Source: a virus
Taxonomy: Duplodnaviria > Caudoviricetes
Length of the DNA stretch: 55,703 nucleotides
IMG/VR virus record: IMGVR_UViG_3300050014_000104
Span: 1 to 55,703 of that record
Reading direction: 5' to 3' (one strand)
Part shown: one piece after another, positions 19,119 to 30,198 of the stretch
How the letters are laid out: every line of letters starts with the position of its first letter
How positions within the stretch are numbered: position 1 is the stretch's first letter
Translations under genes and position numbers: made by a program
The notes under the pieces: generated by a model
The model's database searches: none
Told to the model about the DNA's origin: nothing
The model's input: only the letters and a program-made list of their open reading frames with translations

Positions 19119-19816
19119 AAACTATCACCTGTAATGGGTACTCATTTCTTATTGATGAGACGGGGCTTGGATACTATTGGTTAGATATGGAAAAAGGCAC
19201 TTGGGAACCTTGGACGTTTCGTCTGTTTGATAGGTTCTTGCATAAAGATACGATTTACATAGACCTTGGCGCTTGGATGGGAATGACGGTTTTATACGCA
19301 TCGAAGTTATGTGATAGGTGTTATGCATTTGAGCCAGACCCCGTAGCATACGGAATTTTACGTGTGAATATTGATGCAAATAATGCTGGGAATATAAAGA
19401 CATTCAACGAGGCGATTGCTAACCATGATGGAACATTGTCTCTTGGAAATGAGCATCATTCTTTGGGAAACGCTGTAACCCGTATAGGAACGGATGTGGA
19501 TTCGTTTCAGGTATCATGTCGGACTCTCGAAACTTTCTTTATCCAAGAAAAAATTGATGGCCCATCGTTTATCAAGATGGATGTTGAGGGTTCCGAGGAA
19601 GTTATACTAAAGGACATGGGATTTTTTGAAAGACACAAGCCGATTCTATATCTTAGTACTCATACTCCGTGGTTCAAAAATCAAGATGAAGGTGTAGAGA
19701 CAATTGCCCGAGTGCGGTCTTTATACAAGTACTGTCTTCATAATGATATGTGGGAGATAGAAGTAAAACGGGGTGCGATGGGATATGGTGGCTTAATTTT
19801 TACGGACAATTTATGA
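19115..19816 (+). CDS. FkbM-family methyltransferase
   Basis: IDLGAWMG...AFEP...FIKMDVEGSE. Confidence 0.9.
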   Translation: MKTITCNGYSFLIDETGLGYYWLDMEKGTWEPWTFRLFDRFLHKDTIYIDLGAWMGMTVLYASKLCDRCYAFEPDPVAYGILRVNIDANNAGNIKTFNEAIANHDGTLSLGNEHHSLGNAVTRIGTDVDSFQVSCRTLETFFIQEKIDGPSFIKMDVEGSEEVILKDMGFFERHKPILYLSTHTPWFKNQDEGVETIARVRSLYKYCLHNDMWEIEVKRGAMGYGGLIFTDNL

Positions 19817-20814
19817 AATGTTGTTACTTAGGATGTCATAGCATACTCGAATACGACGAGTTGAAAATGTTTACCCAAATAGAGGGGTTGGAATGGTTTT
19901 CAACTGGTCGGTATTACGACCCTTCCGTGAAGGCAACTGACCGCCCCGCTTTATCTTTCCCCGTGGATAAGAAGCACTACACTGCTTGGATTATGGCCAA
20001 GGGTAAGTGGAATACACCCGCATTCCTTGACCGTTTCGATGTTCTTTACTTTATGCATCGCCCAGAGGACGTGTTTGACAATTGGGATATGCTTAAAAAT
20101 CGCAAGATTGTATGGCGTACCATTGGGCAGAACACTTTTGACATTGAGTTGAAGCTACAACAGTTGAGGAAAGAGAATCCGAACTTGAAGATTGTTCGAT
20201 ATTCTCCCGGCGAGCGCCGACATAAAAACTATGCGGGGGAGGATGCCCTTATTCGATTTAGTAAAGACTCGGCTTCCTATGGCCCGTGGAACGGTAACAT
20301 CAATAAGGTGCTCACGGTTGCTCAAAGTATGAAGTCCCGTGGGGATGCCTGTGGATGGCCCATCTTCTCCAAGCTGACTGAACGTCTGCCCTGCCAGCTT
20401 GTGGGACACGCCAATTCGGACGCTGGTGATTTGTGGATAGGTCGTGACCTTCCCTACGAAGAGCTACTCAAGACATACTGTGACCACAGAGCGTATTTAT
20501 ACACGGGCACCAAGCCAGCATCATATTGCTTGAACTTCATTGAAGCATGGATGACAGGCATTCCCGTTGTCGCTTTGGGTCCGTCTCTTGCTAACGGTCC
20601 AGAAGACCTATATGAAGTCAGCCAGTTGATTACGTATGGAAAAGATGGCTATTGGGCCGATTATGAGGACGACCTTGTGCGGGTCTTGAGTCTTCTTCTT
20701 GAAGATGAATCTCTTGCCAAGAAGATTGGGGAAGCGGGGCGAGCACGAGCGACTGAGATATTTGATGAGACAGTAATCAAGCCTCAATGGGCTGAGTTTT
20801 TTAAGACACTATGA
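19813..20814 (+). CDS. glycosyltransferase (GT-B)
   Basis: FIEAWMTGIPVV...G.DG...IGEAGRARA.EIF. Confidence 0.85.
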   Translation: MKCCYLGCHSILEYDELKMFTQIEGLEWFSTGRYYDPSVKATDRPALSFPVDKKHYTAWIMAKGKWNTPAFLDRFDVLYFMHRPEDVFDNWDMLKNRKIVWRTIGQNTFDIELKLQQLRKENPNLKIVRYSPGERRHKNYAGEDALIRFSKDSASYGPWNGNINKVLTVAQSMKSRGDACGWPIFSKLTERLPCQLVGHANSDAGDLWIGRDLPYEELLKTYCDHRAYLYTGTKPASYCLNFIEAWMTGIPVVALGPSLANGPEDLYEVSQLITYGKDGYWADYEDDLVRVLSLLLEDESLAKKIGEAGRARATEIFDETVIKPQWAEFFKTL

Positions 20815-21398
20815 ATAAACCAACGTTCGCCAATGATAAGTGGTTTCAATCCAAGTTTGGACCTTTTCTATCCGAAAGGTACAACACTCAGAAACTAGCT
20901 TTGGCAGTCCTTAATCAATTGACGGATACTCCATTCATATTGGAGACGGGGTGCATTCGACTTCCCGATGATTGGGGGGCGGGAATGTCAACCCTTGTTT
21001 TCGGGGAGTATGTGGCTCACCACGGCGGCAAGATTACTACAGTGGACAATTCCGAAGTCAACATGGGAGTTTGTCAGGAAGTGACGAAAGATTATGCCCA
21101 ATACATTACATATGTGGTCTCGGACTCATTGATATATCTCCCTACTGTTACAGAGAAGATAGACCTCTTGTATCTCGACTCTTACGATTGCCCGCCCGAG
21201 GGTGATGCTACCGCAGCACAGGAGCATAATCTCAAGGAGTTCAAATACTGTGAGCGTAACTTGAACGATAGAGCAGTTATCATGATTGATGATGTTGGAT
21301 TCCCGAATGGTGGGAAGGGTGCCAAGACCCATGAGTATTTGATTGAACAAGGTTACTTATTACTATTCATGCATCAACAATCTGTGTGGCTGAAATGA
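20811..21398 (+). CDS. class I SAM methyltransferase (Methyltransf_24-like)
   Basis: ILETG...TVD...DS...IDLLYLDS...IDD. Confidence 0.8.
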   Translation: MNKPTFANDKWFQSKFGPFLSERYNTQKLALAVLNQLTDTPFILETGCIRLPDDWGAGMSTLVFGEYVAHHGGKITTVDNSEVNMGVCQEVTKDYAQYITYVVSDSLIYLPTVTEKIDLLYLDSYDCPPEGDATAAQEHNLKEFKYCERNLNDRAVIMIDDVGFPNGGKGAKTHEYLIEQGYLLLFMHQQSVWLK

Positions 21399-22417
21399 AC
21401 GTTCTTGTAGATTATCATCACAATGCCCTGCTCACTTCTTTATACAAGTTATTTGTAGAGAGGCTTGGGTGGAACCTGTACATTCCGATGGGAATGGAAT
21501 GGTATGAGCGAGATTATTGGGGGATTGAGGATGGGACGAAAACACAATTCCATTATGAGTTGGCAAAGCAGTACTTACTATCCCCGACAATACCTGATTT
21601 TACGATAAAGACTCCCGAACAATCAAAACTTGATTACGCTTATCTGTCTGACGTTGATGCGGGATTGAAATTCGACATTGTTATTGCATCTGCTCCATGT
21701 AGATTTCCACCGTTCGAGAAGTTTGTCAGCGATTTTGGAATGAGGTCCAAACTCATCTTTCAGGCGGGAAACAATTTTTCTCATAATTCTCCATCTCTAG
21801 TGACCGTAAGAAACCTGCTTACTTCGGCCACGGGGCCGCTTCATTATATGACTCAAGCACCAAACAAAATCTTCTACCATCAAGAGTTTGATTTGGGTAT
21901 ATTTCGACCAGAGGCAGGTTGTACGGTCAATACACTTACGAACTTTCAACATTTAATGTGTAAGCCCGACTTGTTTCATGGGTTGGAAGTTACTATGCCA
22001 GAGTGGAGGTTCCGTTCGTTTGGAACTGGAAATCGTGAGTCATCATTGAATTCAATTGCTATCTTGGCAGCGTGGATGCGTAAGTCTGGATTTGTGTGGC
22101 ATGTCAAGACACTCGACGAAGGTTATGGGCATACTATTCACAATGCGTTTGCGTGCGGTAAGCCGCTTGTTACAGATACCAGTTATATGACAGTGTATCA
22201 TCAAGGATGGATACCTAATACGTGTATGGCCTTATACACTCCTGAGACCATCATAGACATCAAAGGAATGGCTCAAGATGACATTAGGAAGGAACTTCTT
22301 CGACGGGCAGATAACTATGAACACTATTCGAAGAAGGTGTATGAGAAGTTCAAGGAGGTAGTGGATTTTGATAAGGAGTTTGTGGAAATCGAGACATTCT
22401 TAGAAAGGCTTATCTAA
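21395..22417 (+). CDS. putative glycosyltransferase (GT-B)
   Basis: DEGYGHTIHNAFACGKPLV resembles the ExxG....EA..G.P signature. Confidence 0.65.
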   Translation: MNVLVDYHHNALLTSLYKLFVERLGWNLYIPMGMEWYERDYWGIEDGTKTQFHYELAKQYLLSPTIPDFTIKTPEQSKLDYAYLSDVDAGLKFDIVIASAPCRFPPFEKFVSDFGMRSKLIFQAGNNFSHNSPSLVTVRNLLTSATGPLHYMTQAPNKIFYHQEFDLGIFRPEAGCTVNTLTNFQHLMCKPDLFHGLEVTMPEWRFRSFGTGNRESSLNSIAILAAWMRKSGFVWHVKTLDEGYGHTIHNAFACGKPLVTDTSYMTVYHQGWIPNTCMALYTPETIIDIKGMAQDDIRKELLRRADNYEHYSKKVYEKFKEVVDFDKEFVEIETFLERLI

Positions 22418-23154
22418 TGGAAATTACATATTTTAGTTTGTATGGGGAACGATGTTCGGGAACCAACTTTGTCCGAAAACTCGTGTTTGATAACTTTGAT
22501 TTGACCTTTTGTCGCCAACCCAACATAGGAATGGCGGGATGGAAGCACTTTTTTGGAACCCCTGAAAATGTGGAAGCGATGCAGAAGGCCAAAGAGTGGT
22601 GTGTGGCAATCGCAATCGTTCGGAACCCCATTGATTTTTTTGTCTCTTTCTACAAGAACCCCCATCACCAGACTACCGAACGAACGAAAGACTTTGAGAC
22701 CTTTCTCACGTCTGAGTTTTACTTGGTAAAATCGAATACACAAATAGAGTTGCCGGAAGACCACAACCTGAATGATTTGACAAAGCGATACAAAAACCTT
22801 TTTGAACTTCGGTCTGTGAAGTTGAAATACCTCCATTCGGTGATGCCAGCCATTACGCCAAACTATGTTCTGGTCAGATTGGAGGACTTGATGGCTAACC
22901 CCGAGAAGATTCTGGAAGAGTGGCAGATGAAGTTTAACCTTCATCGTGTGTCCGACCATTACATTGTAGAGAAGAAGAGAGTCCTTCCACAGGCCAAGCA
23001 GTGGTTTCGGTTCGAGTTGTCGGAGACGGCCCCGGTGGAAAGCTATACGGTTGATGACCCTCATATCAAAGACATTATTCGTGCCAATCTTGACTTCGAG
23101 GCAGAAGCCTTAGTTGGGTATGACAAGGAAAGTATATTGAAACGGCTTGTATGA
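22417..23154 (+). CDS. sulfotransferase-like protein
   Basis: GERCSGTNF (5'-PSB loop-like), VRNP...S and RLEDL..P. Confidence 0.65.
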   Translation: MEITYFSLYGERCSGTNFVRKLVFDNFDLTFCRQPNIGMAGWKHFFGTPENVEAMQKAKEWCVAIAIVRNPIDFFVSFYKNPHHQTTERTKDFETFLTSEFYLVKSNTQIELPEDHNLNDLTKRYKNLFELRSVKLKYLHSVMPAITPNYVLVRLEDLMANPEKILEEWQMKFNLHRVSDHYIVEKKRVLPQAKQWFRFELSETAPVESYTVDDPHIKDIIRANLDFEAEALVGYDKESILKRLV

Positions 23155-23819
23155 TTAAGTTCTGGCACAGAGTAAAGCTTAGGGACGGAACCTATACCGA
23201 TGGGGCCAAGGACATCGAAGCTTCGTTGGGCGACCATCTTTTCAATGATTTGGACTTCAAGGATAAGTCGGTTTTGGACGTTGGTTGTTGGGATGGTGCC
23301 TATTCCTTTTTGGCCGAACAGCGAGGGGCATCCCGGGTGGTGTCTTTTGACCGACCATCCTGCCGGTGGGGCGGGACTGGGGGGTACGAGTTCCTTCACG
23401 AGCATTTTAATAGCAAAGCGGAGTTTAAGGATGGCAATATCTATCAACTCCCATTTCAATCAAAAGAATTTGATATTGTTCTCTGTTATGGGGTGTTGTA
23501 TCACATGAGCGACCCGCTCATGGCACTCCAAAAACTGTTTCCTGTTGCCAAGACCACCATTGCGTTTGAGGGATTGTTCTCAACTCAATTACTTCCAAGC
23601 CTCGAATTGCGAACGCCAATCATCTTAAAAAATGCTCGTGACTCTAGTGTAATTTATGTGCCATCACAGTCATTCATGGAGATTACGGCAGGATACCAAG
23701 GGTTCAAACTGAGGAAGGTTACTACATTGGTTAGGAGGGTTGGTAGGATGGCAATGATTTTTGACAGGGTGTCAGAACCCATATTTCAGTTCCCAAATAA
23801 GGTCTTTCCGAGCGATTGA
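23151..23819 (+). CDS. class I SAM methyltransferase (DUF1698/CmoB-like)
   Basis: VLDVGCWDG..SF.AE.RGA...FDIVLCYGVLYH..DP. Confidence 0.85.
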   Translation: MIKFWHRVKLRDGTYTDGAKDIEASLGDHLFNDLDFKDKSVLDVGCWDGAYSFLAEQRGASRVVSFDRPSCRWGGTGGYEFLHEHFNSKAEFKDGNIYQLPFQSKEFDIVLCYGVLYHMSDPLMALQKLFPVAKTTIAFEGLFSTQLLPSLELRTPIILKNARDSSVIYVPSQSFMEITAGYQGFKLRKVTTLVRRVGRMAMIFDRVSEPIFQFPNKVFPSD

Positions 23820-23847
23820 TTTGCGGGTTAGGCTCATATTTATATCC

Positions 23848-24627
23848 ATGAGCAATAGCCCCGTCAAAGAAAATTCCTTCGATGCTGCCCCCGGAGGGTC
23901 GGCAGGAGCCTTAACGTACCAAGCCCCGTACGGAACCCCCGCTTCGCCAGATGTTTCCCAGAACCCCGGTGCCTTTGATAGTAATCATCGAAATACGGCG
24001 GATAACCAGCCTCAACATGGTTCAATGAAGAAGGATTTGAACCAGCTTTATGCTAACCCACGAACTGCTCCTACTCCTGATGAAGTAATCAGTGGTATCA
24101 AATTTGAGATGGGCCAGCAGATTAAGAAGGACAAGGCTGAGGCCAAGCGCATGGTTCTGACCAATCTTAAGAAAGACCCCAAGTTTTACAGCAGTCTCAA
24201 ACAACTCAACATCACCGATAAGGATATGGTGGACAATATGACAGAAAATACACACCCCAATGCAGGTATAGACACCCAAGTCTATCTCAAACTACAGGAA
24301 CTCAAGAAGTTCAAAACCACCGATTACATCGGATTGAGACTTATGCGAGAGCAATTGACAAGCAGCCTCATTCGACTGGCCAACTCAGGAAAGATTTTCT
24401 TTGATGGCACAACGGCCACTTTCAAGCCGCTCAATGAGTCGAGGCATCCAAATGACTCTGCTGAAAGACCAAAGGTAACTCCTAACATCGAAGAGACCAA
24501 GAAAATCTTCGCTGATATGGCAAGGGGTCATGATAAGAAATATGTTGTAAATTCCGGTATTTGTGACGTAATGAAGGAAATGTGGAAAGCGAAAAATGCT
24601 CGAAGTGCGTGGCGAACTGGCCAATAA
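23848..24627 (+). CDS. hypothetical protein, putative virion/head component
   Basis: TATTTAT 5 nt upstream; GIKFEM...AK..VL.NLKKDPKFYS module. Confidence 0.6.
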   Translation: MSNSPVKENSFDAAPGGSAGALTYQAPYGTPASPDVSQNPGAFDSNHRNTADNQPQHGSMKKDLNQLYANPRTAPTPDEVISGIKFEMGQQIKKDKAEAKRMVLTNLKKDPKFYSSLKQLNITDKDMVDNMTENTHPNAGIDTQVYLKLQELKKFKTTDYIGLRLMREQLTSSLIRLANSGKIFFDGTTATFKPLNESRHPNDSAERPKVTPNIEETKKIFADMARGHDKKYVVNSGICDVMKEMWKAKNARSAWRTGQ

Positions 24628-24628
24628 C

Positions 24629-24892
24629 ATGAAAATGATGATTGATGGCAAGGAGTATGAGGCGTGTATTACTAGCCCATACGAAAACCCAAATAACCCG
24701 AAGTACGTACTTGTAAATGGATACTTAACTCCGGTGGATACTCTTGGGCCGCATCGTCCTTTACCGGTCGAAGAGAACGTTGAAAAGTCTGCGGATGGGA
24801 AGTATAACTTGGCCCTCGTCAATCGAAGCACTAAAGCTATAAAGACAAAACCAATAGTGCCGAGACTCATTTCTCTTCGATACCAAAGGTAA
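24629..24892 (+). CDS. hypothetical protein
   Basis: Operon spacing. Confidence 0.6.
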   Translation: MKMMIDGKEYEACITSPYENPNNPKYVLVNGYLTPVDTLGPHRPLPVEENVEKSADGKYNLALVNRSTKAIKTKPIVPRLISLRYQR

Positions 24893-24895
24893 CAA

Positions 24896-25432
24896 ATGCC
24901 AGCAGCAGCGTCCATACCTCCGTCCCTAACCGATGTGCCGAGTGGCTTTGGCGCACAATCCTCGGGGAATGTTGCTTTCAATGATGAGTACTTCTTCGTG
25001 AAGTATAAGGGTTGGAGACGCTTTCCGCTTGTAACTCCTTCACATTTTCAGTTCGGGTTCCCAAATCCATCGAATAATGGAAACATCTACACTGATAATC
25101 AGTATTTCTATCTCGTTGTCAATCATAAGTGGAAGAAGTTACCCATTTTTGTCATAAAACCGCTTCGACCAGTCATGGGAGATGTTCCCATGATAAACAT
25201 TCGGGAAACAAAACTGACCACTTTCCCTCGGGGTACTGATAATTATGGTAGATGGGGTATGCTTTCCTTCAATGCCGAATATTTCTGCATATGGGGGCAA
25301 GGAAAATGGCATAGGATTCCAGTTGCTCGTTTGCCAAGTCAGAGTTGGGGGCGTGGGGTGGCAATATCATCGCCAGATTCATTTCCTCCGACCGCCGAGA
25401 TAACAATGACGGCTACCGTTATTCAAATATGA
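24896..25432 (+). CDS. fibre-associated repeat protein
   Basis: Three repeats of G.....YF....W.R.P. Confidence 0.55.
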   Translation: MPAAASIPPSLTDVPSGFGAQSSGNVAFNDEYFFVKYKGWRRFPLVTPSHFQFGFPNPSNNGNIYTDNQYFYLVVNHKWKKLPIFVIKPLRPVMGDVPMINIRETKLTTFPRGTDNYGRWGMLSFNAEYFCIWGQGKWHRIPVARLPSQSWGRGVAISSPDSFPPTAEITMTATVIQI

Positions 25433-28020
25433 ACCCGCTGTACGAAAAAGCAAAAGATTTAATCCTTATCAGACGCACGTCTGACAATAAGGAGTTCGAA
25501 GAGTATCCTCTGATTGTACAGCCGCAGTCTGTCTTGATGACGGACCCTACAAACGACATTGTTATGTTCAACGTTTGTGGGCTGTCAGTTGCATTTGCGA
25601 GGTCAGCCTCGTACTCCGAGAGTGGTTCATATGCTCACACCGCCTTATTCTCTTTCCAGAATGCAACGTCGTCATGGGCATGGTTTGCACTAAGTTCTTC
25701 TTTCGCAAACGGCGCATCGTACACGGTGAGTTCTTCCAATGCAATTAGTGCTTCGTGGGCTGATACGGCATCGTTTGCGCTTGAAGCCTCTGCGGCTTAC
25801 TCTGCTGCCTTTGCCAGTGATGCCGTGAGCGCCTCTTACGCTTTCAGCGCCTCCTACGCCGAATCAGCATCCTACGGAACCAATTTCTATGCACCACGAG
25901 TCACGTCTTCGTACGTGTCGGTTTCAGTTGCCATTCAAACAAACCAACTGACTGCTTCCAATATCCTTGTTCGAGGGATAGCGTTAGGAACGGCAAGCTA
26001 TGCTCTCAATGCTAATAGTGCAGTAAATTCAGCATTTGCTACAACTGCTGGTATCGCAACTTTCGCAGTCAGCGCCTCCACGGCCTTCTCAGCAACCAGT
26101 TCCATTAGTGCAAGTCACGCAAACGTAGCTGACGTTGTAAGCGGCACAGTAACGAACGCAATCTATGCTCAGACTGCCTCATATGCTTATACGTCATCTT
26201 ACGAGATGGAAGTTGAAATCTCGTCATCGTGGGCATCGGCTTCGTTGAGTTCTTCGGCAGCGTTGTATGCCGTATCAGCGAGCGAAGCGGGCTTTGCCTT
26301 GTTGGCATCGTCGTCATTGGGGACTCGGGGGTTGAATGTGGTTAACCTTCCGCCGATGCCAAACGGTGATATTCAATTTGGTGTTGGTGACAGTACTCCG
26401 GCAGTTTACGATACAATTATGTCTATCGGAGCAAGCGGCACGGCAAGTGAGGGTCAGACACACATGCTTGTTCATTTGCCCGAAAACAACAAGATTTATG
26501 GTGCTGGCTGGTACGGAAGCGTCTATGTCTTTAATGACCCGGATAATGACTTTACGAATGTAAACTCGTGCAGTTTGATTGCTGGAAATTTCGCATCCCA
26601 GATGGTATATGCATCGGGGTCTCTTTACGTCATCAACGGAAGCAGTGTCGGTCCTGCCACAGGTAGTATCACGAGAGTCAACATTAACAACATTACTAGC
26701 CAAAGCGTTGTTGTTCAAGGTCTTCCCGGTGGTACGGCATTGATTCCGCTTGTAACTGATGGAAATTTTCTTCTTACGCAAGGTAACGGTCTCATTTACA
26801 AGTGGGATTTGAGTGGTAGTTTGATTCAGTCAACGCCATGTATTTCCGCATCAGTTACCGTTGCCGTAAGCCACGGCGGCATTATTTCTACTGACAAGCA
26901 ATGGGCGTACTTCTCGACTACGGCTGGAATCATAACTAAGGTCAAGGTTTCTGATGTTACGAACTACACTTGTTCTCGTCATGAACAAACGAATTTCCCC
27001 GGTGGTCCATTCAATGCGTCTGTAACGGATGATATGTGCTATTTGAATGGATATGTTTACACATCCGTAGAGTCGAATGGAAACGTAATCAGGATGGATG
27101 CCAATACGTTGGAGTTTGTGGCATATCCAGCAGCATTCAACTCGTATGGAATGTTCACTGATGGAGTGCATCTATATGCACTTATGGGGAGTGAGATTTG
27201 GGTCTATCTCAACGGAGATATAGATTCTGGTCCTATCCGGTTTGGAATTGTGGGAGCGGCGAATGAGCTTGCTATAACGAACGGTGGCCGAGTTGTTTAT
27301 AGTAATTGGACCACTCTCGACATCTATAGATATTTCCTGCCAATCACACAGCTTGGAATCAATAAGCAGCCGTCTTATACGTTAGATATTGCGGGCGGCA
27401 TAGTTGCAACTACCATTACATCCCCAACAATAAGTGCGAGCAACAACATCACAACTCTTAACGAGACGTTCACGGGAACGCTTACGATGGGTGGAGCGGC
27501 TCTTATCTATGGCGGTAGCAGCGGAAAAATTCGTATTGACACGGGGTCGGTTAGAGCACCTACAATTAGTAGTTCTGCGGCTCTGTTGGGTCGAGTAACC
27601 AATACCCGATTTTCACAATCATTTGCTGCCGCAGCGTCAATGAGCTATACACAATCGCTTGGAACCATTTCACAAGACGGTATGTATCGGCTTACGATAG
27701 CAAGCACGATTGGATTTTACAGCGGTGCTGCACTGGTTAATCAGCCGAAATGGAATTTCATTCATACGGACAGGTTTGGAGCCTATACCCTTCCCCCTTC
27801 AACTCCGCTGACCCCGACGACTCTAATCACCCCAGCGGGATATGATTATGCCTTTGCATTTGGGTCCGATTATATTTTTCAAGCGGTAGCTGGAAGCCCG
27901 ATTGCATATTATTACGGCACCAGTGGAAATCAAATGTCTTCTACCGATTGTTCGGCGTCGTTCTTTACGACCGTGACGGTGACTCAAATCATGAGTGGCT
28001 CGGTAACAGGCTCGATATAA
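25429..28020 (+). CDS. Ser/Ala-rich tail-fibre-like structural protein
   Basis: Many SASYA/SSSWA repeats, a beta-propeller-like central region, GINKQPSYTLDI motif. Confidence 0.65.
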   Translation: MNPLYEKAKDLILIRRTSDNKEFEEYPLIVQPQSVLMTDPTNDIVMFNVCGLSVAFARSASYSESGSYAHTALFSFQNATSSWAWFALSSSFANGASYTVSSSNAISASWADTASFALEASAAYSAAFASDAVSASYAFSASYAESASYGTNFYAPRVTSSYVSVSVAIQTNQLTASNILVRGIALGTASYALNANSAVNSAFATTAGIATFAVSASTAFSATSSISASHANVADVVSGTVTNAIYAQTASYAYTSSYEMEVEISSSWASASLSSSAALYAVSASEAGFALLASSSLGTRGLNVVNLPPMPNGDIQFGVGDSTPAVYDTIMSIGASGTASEGQTHMLVHLPENNKIYGAGWYGSVYVFNDPDNDFTNVNSCSLIAGNFASQMVYASGSLYVINGSSVGPATGSITRVNINNITSQSVVVQGLPGGTALIPLVTDGNFLLTQGNGLIYKWDLSGSLIQSTPCISASVTVAVSHGGIISTDKQWAYFSTTAGIITKVKVSDVTNYTCSRHEQTNFPGGPFNASVTDDMCYLNGYVYTSVESNGNVIRMDANTLEFVAYPAAFNSYGMFTDGVHLYALMGSEIWVYLNGDIDSGPIRFGIVGAANELAITNGGRVVYSNWTTLDIYRYFLPITQLGINKQPSYTLDIAGGIVATTITSPTISASNNITTLNETFTGTLTMGGAALIYGGSSGKIRIDTGSVRAPTISSSAALLGRVTNTRFSQSFAAAASMSYTQSLGTISQDGMYRLTIASTIGFYSGAALVNQPKWNFIHTDRFGAYTLPPSTPLTPTTLITPAGYDYAFAFGSDYIFQAVAGSPIAYYYGTSGNQMSSTDCSASFFTTVTVTQIMSGSVTGSI

Positions 28021-28024
28021 TAAG

Positions 28025-28053
28025 TTGACTCAAGTCAATAAACAAGTTACAAT
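28025..28053 (+). promoter_or_regulatory. sigma70-like promoter, leaderless
   Basis: TTGACT-17-TACAAT; ATG 6 nt downstream at 28060. Confidence 0.75.
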
Positions 28054-28059
28054 TCGCAT

Positions 28060-30198
28060 ATGAATCAAGTTCCACGTACCTTCTGTGTCACGCTTCGGGA
28101 AACTCCTAAGCGCAAAGAAGAAGCTCAGAAATATTTCGAACAACTCGGCATGAAGGTTGAGTTCTTCGAAGGTGTTCATGGGAAATCCTTTGGACTCAAG
28201 ACGACCATCCCCAATTACAGTACCATTCCCGGCAGAGAATACTTTATTCCACAAGGAGCCGTGGGATGTATCCTTTCCCATTTGATGTTGTGGAATATTC
28301 TTATTCGCCAGCCCGAGGAAGAGTTTTTGATTCTTGAAGACGATGCCATTCTCGAAGACGGATTTGCCGAGAAATTTGATAAGTTTACAAACGAACTCCC
28401 ACCTGATTGGCAGATGGTATTTTTAGGTTGGCAACCTGCTGGGCATGAGTTTACCAAGATGCCGAGCACTCATGTCACGGATAATATCGTTATCACTACT
28501 CCTGTCTGTACTCACGCTTACATGGTAAAGAAGTCAGCACTTAATACCCTTATCGAAACCAACCAACTTGCTTGGGATGCACTTGACCATCAGATTCTCA
28601 GGAGAAGTCTTCCCAAGATAAAGCACTATGCTTTTAGCCCGCCTATCGTAAAGCAAAGGTCCATCATCAATCTCAATTTGAAGACTGAGACGTGGCATTC
28701 GTTGTGTTATGATTGGGATATGTCCGAAGTACTTACTTCAAGCGGCAACGATTCCATCAGATTTGGAGCAGGCTGGCATCCGTTGGAAAAGAACGACTCG
28801 GGATATATGATTTGGAGTGATGGCCGTGGGGAGTTCATTTTTGAGGAACCTATTTATGATAAAATGGAAATAGAGTTCATTGCTGAGGGTGAGGTTGAGA
28901 AAAAGCTTAAGGTGATTTGTCCGGCCCAAGATGAACAAGTGTTTGACATAAAATACGGAGTTCAGACTCTTATGTTTCAACTTAAACAGTCTAAATCTGT
29001 AGTACTTGTTACAGATACATTCTCTCCGATAGACATCTACAAGACATCTGACTGCCGCCGTTTGGGTATTCGATTACTCAAGTCCATTAAGCTTACGGAC
29101 AGGGATGGGAAGGTCTCCGAAGTCAGCTTGTATTCAATGTACAGTCAAAAGAAGATTGAAGGCATCACGAAGCTGGAAGGGATGCGTCTTACGAGAGTCA
29201 AGTACAGCCATGACGATGGTAAAATCAATCTTCATGGCCAGACATCGTTTGACCATCATCGTTCGGGATGGGGTTATACCCTTGGGTTGCTTTCCCAATA
29301 TCACCGTGCAGATGCAACTGTGTTTGATGGGTGGTTGGAGAAGAATTTCTCGTGGCAACGGGAAGAGTACGCACAAATGCGGCTTATCCCATATCGTGAG
29401 CCGTGGGTTGGGGTATTCCACAATCCTCCCAATACGCCCCCGTGGTTTTCGGCGGATAGCTCGCCGAGTGCCATTATTGGCTGTAAGGAGTTTCAGGAAA
29501 GTCTTGGTATGTGCAAGGGACTATATGTCTTATCCAAATATTATGCCGACTTCTTGAAATGTTTTATTAGGACCATACCCATCGAGGTATTTTATCATCC
29601 TACGGAGATACCTGAGAAGAAGTTCGATTTCAACAAGTTTGTTGAGAATACAAATAAGAAAGTTGTCAATGTTGGTTGGTGGTTGAGAAAGCTGACTTCT
29701 ATTTACAACCTCGAAGTTGATGTGGGCATCTATCAGAAGATTCGATTAGTACCGCCAGCGGCATCGGTTCCTCTCCATATTATGGGAAGCTTGGTTCAGG
29801 TTGAATGTGCTTTTAACAAGAAAACACTAACCGACGAAATGACAAAAAGTGTCATTGACATTCGGCATATGCCCAATGAGGATTATGACGAGTTGCTTTC
29901 CAAGAACGTGGTGTTCCTCGACCTGTACGATGCTAGTGCAAATAACGCCATCATTGAGTGCATAGCTCGTGGAACTCCTGTCCTCGTGAATCCTCTGCCC
30001 GCTGTGGTGGAGTATCTCGGGGCAGATTATCCATTCTATTTTACCAACCTGCTCGATGCCTCCAAAAAGTTGAAAAATGTGGCACTTATTAAGGCTACAC
30101 ATGAATACCTGACTTCAAGTGGAATTTCCGAAAAGATTACGGGGGACTACTGTTTGAAGACCATCCGGGAAGGTGAAATCTGGAAATCTCTGTCATGA
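28060..30198 (+). CDS. multidomain glycosyltransferase (GT25 + beta domain + GT-B-like)
   Basis: GC.LSH..LW...LILEDD...THAY; central GWH..E...D.RRLG; C-terminal NNAIIECIARGTP. Confidence 0.85.
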   Translation: MNQVPRTFCVTLRETPKRKEEAQKYFEQLGMKVEFFEGVHGKSFGLKTTIPNYSTIPGREYFIPQGAVGCILSHLMLWNILIRQPEEEFLILEDDAILEDGFAEKFDKFTNELPPDWQMVFLGWQPAGHEFTKMPSTHVTDNIVITTPVCTHAYMVKKSALNTLIETNQLAWDALDHQILRRSLPKIKHYAFSPPIVKQRSIINLNLKTETWHSLCYDWDMSEVLTSSGNDSIRFGAGWHPLEKNDSGYMIWSDGRGEFIFEEPIYDKMEIEFIAEGEVEKKLKVICPAQDEQVFDIKYGVQTLMFQLKQSKSVVLVTDTFSPIDIYKTSDCRRLGIRLLKSIKLTDRDGKVSEVSLYSMYSQKKIEGITKLEGMRLTRVKYSHDDGKINLHGQTSFDHHRSGWGYTLGLLSQYHRADATVFDGWLEKNFSWQREEYAQMRLIPYREPWVGVFHNPPNTPPWFSADSSPSAIIGCKEFQESLGMCKGLYVLSKYYADFLKCFIRTIPIEVFYHPTEIPEKKFDFNKFVENTNKKVVNVGWWLRKLTSIYNLEVDVGIYQKIRLVPPAASVPLHIMGSLVQVECAFNKKTLTDEMTKSVIDIRHMPNEDYDELLSKNVVFLDLYDASANNAIIECIARGTPVLVNPLPAVVEYLGADYPFYFTNLLDASKKLKNVALIKATHEYLTSSGISEKITGDYCLKTIREGEIWKSLS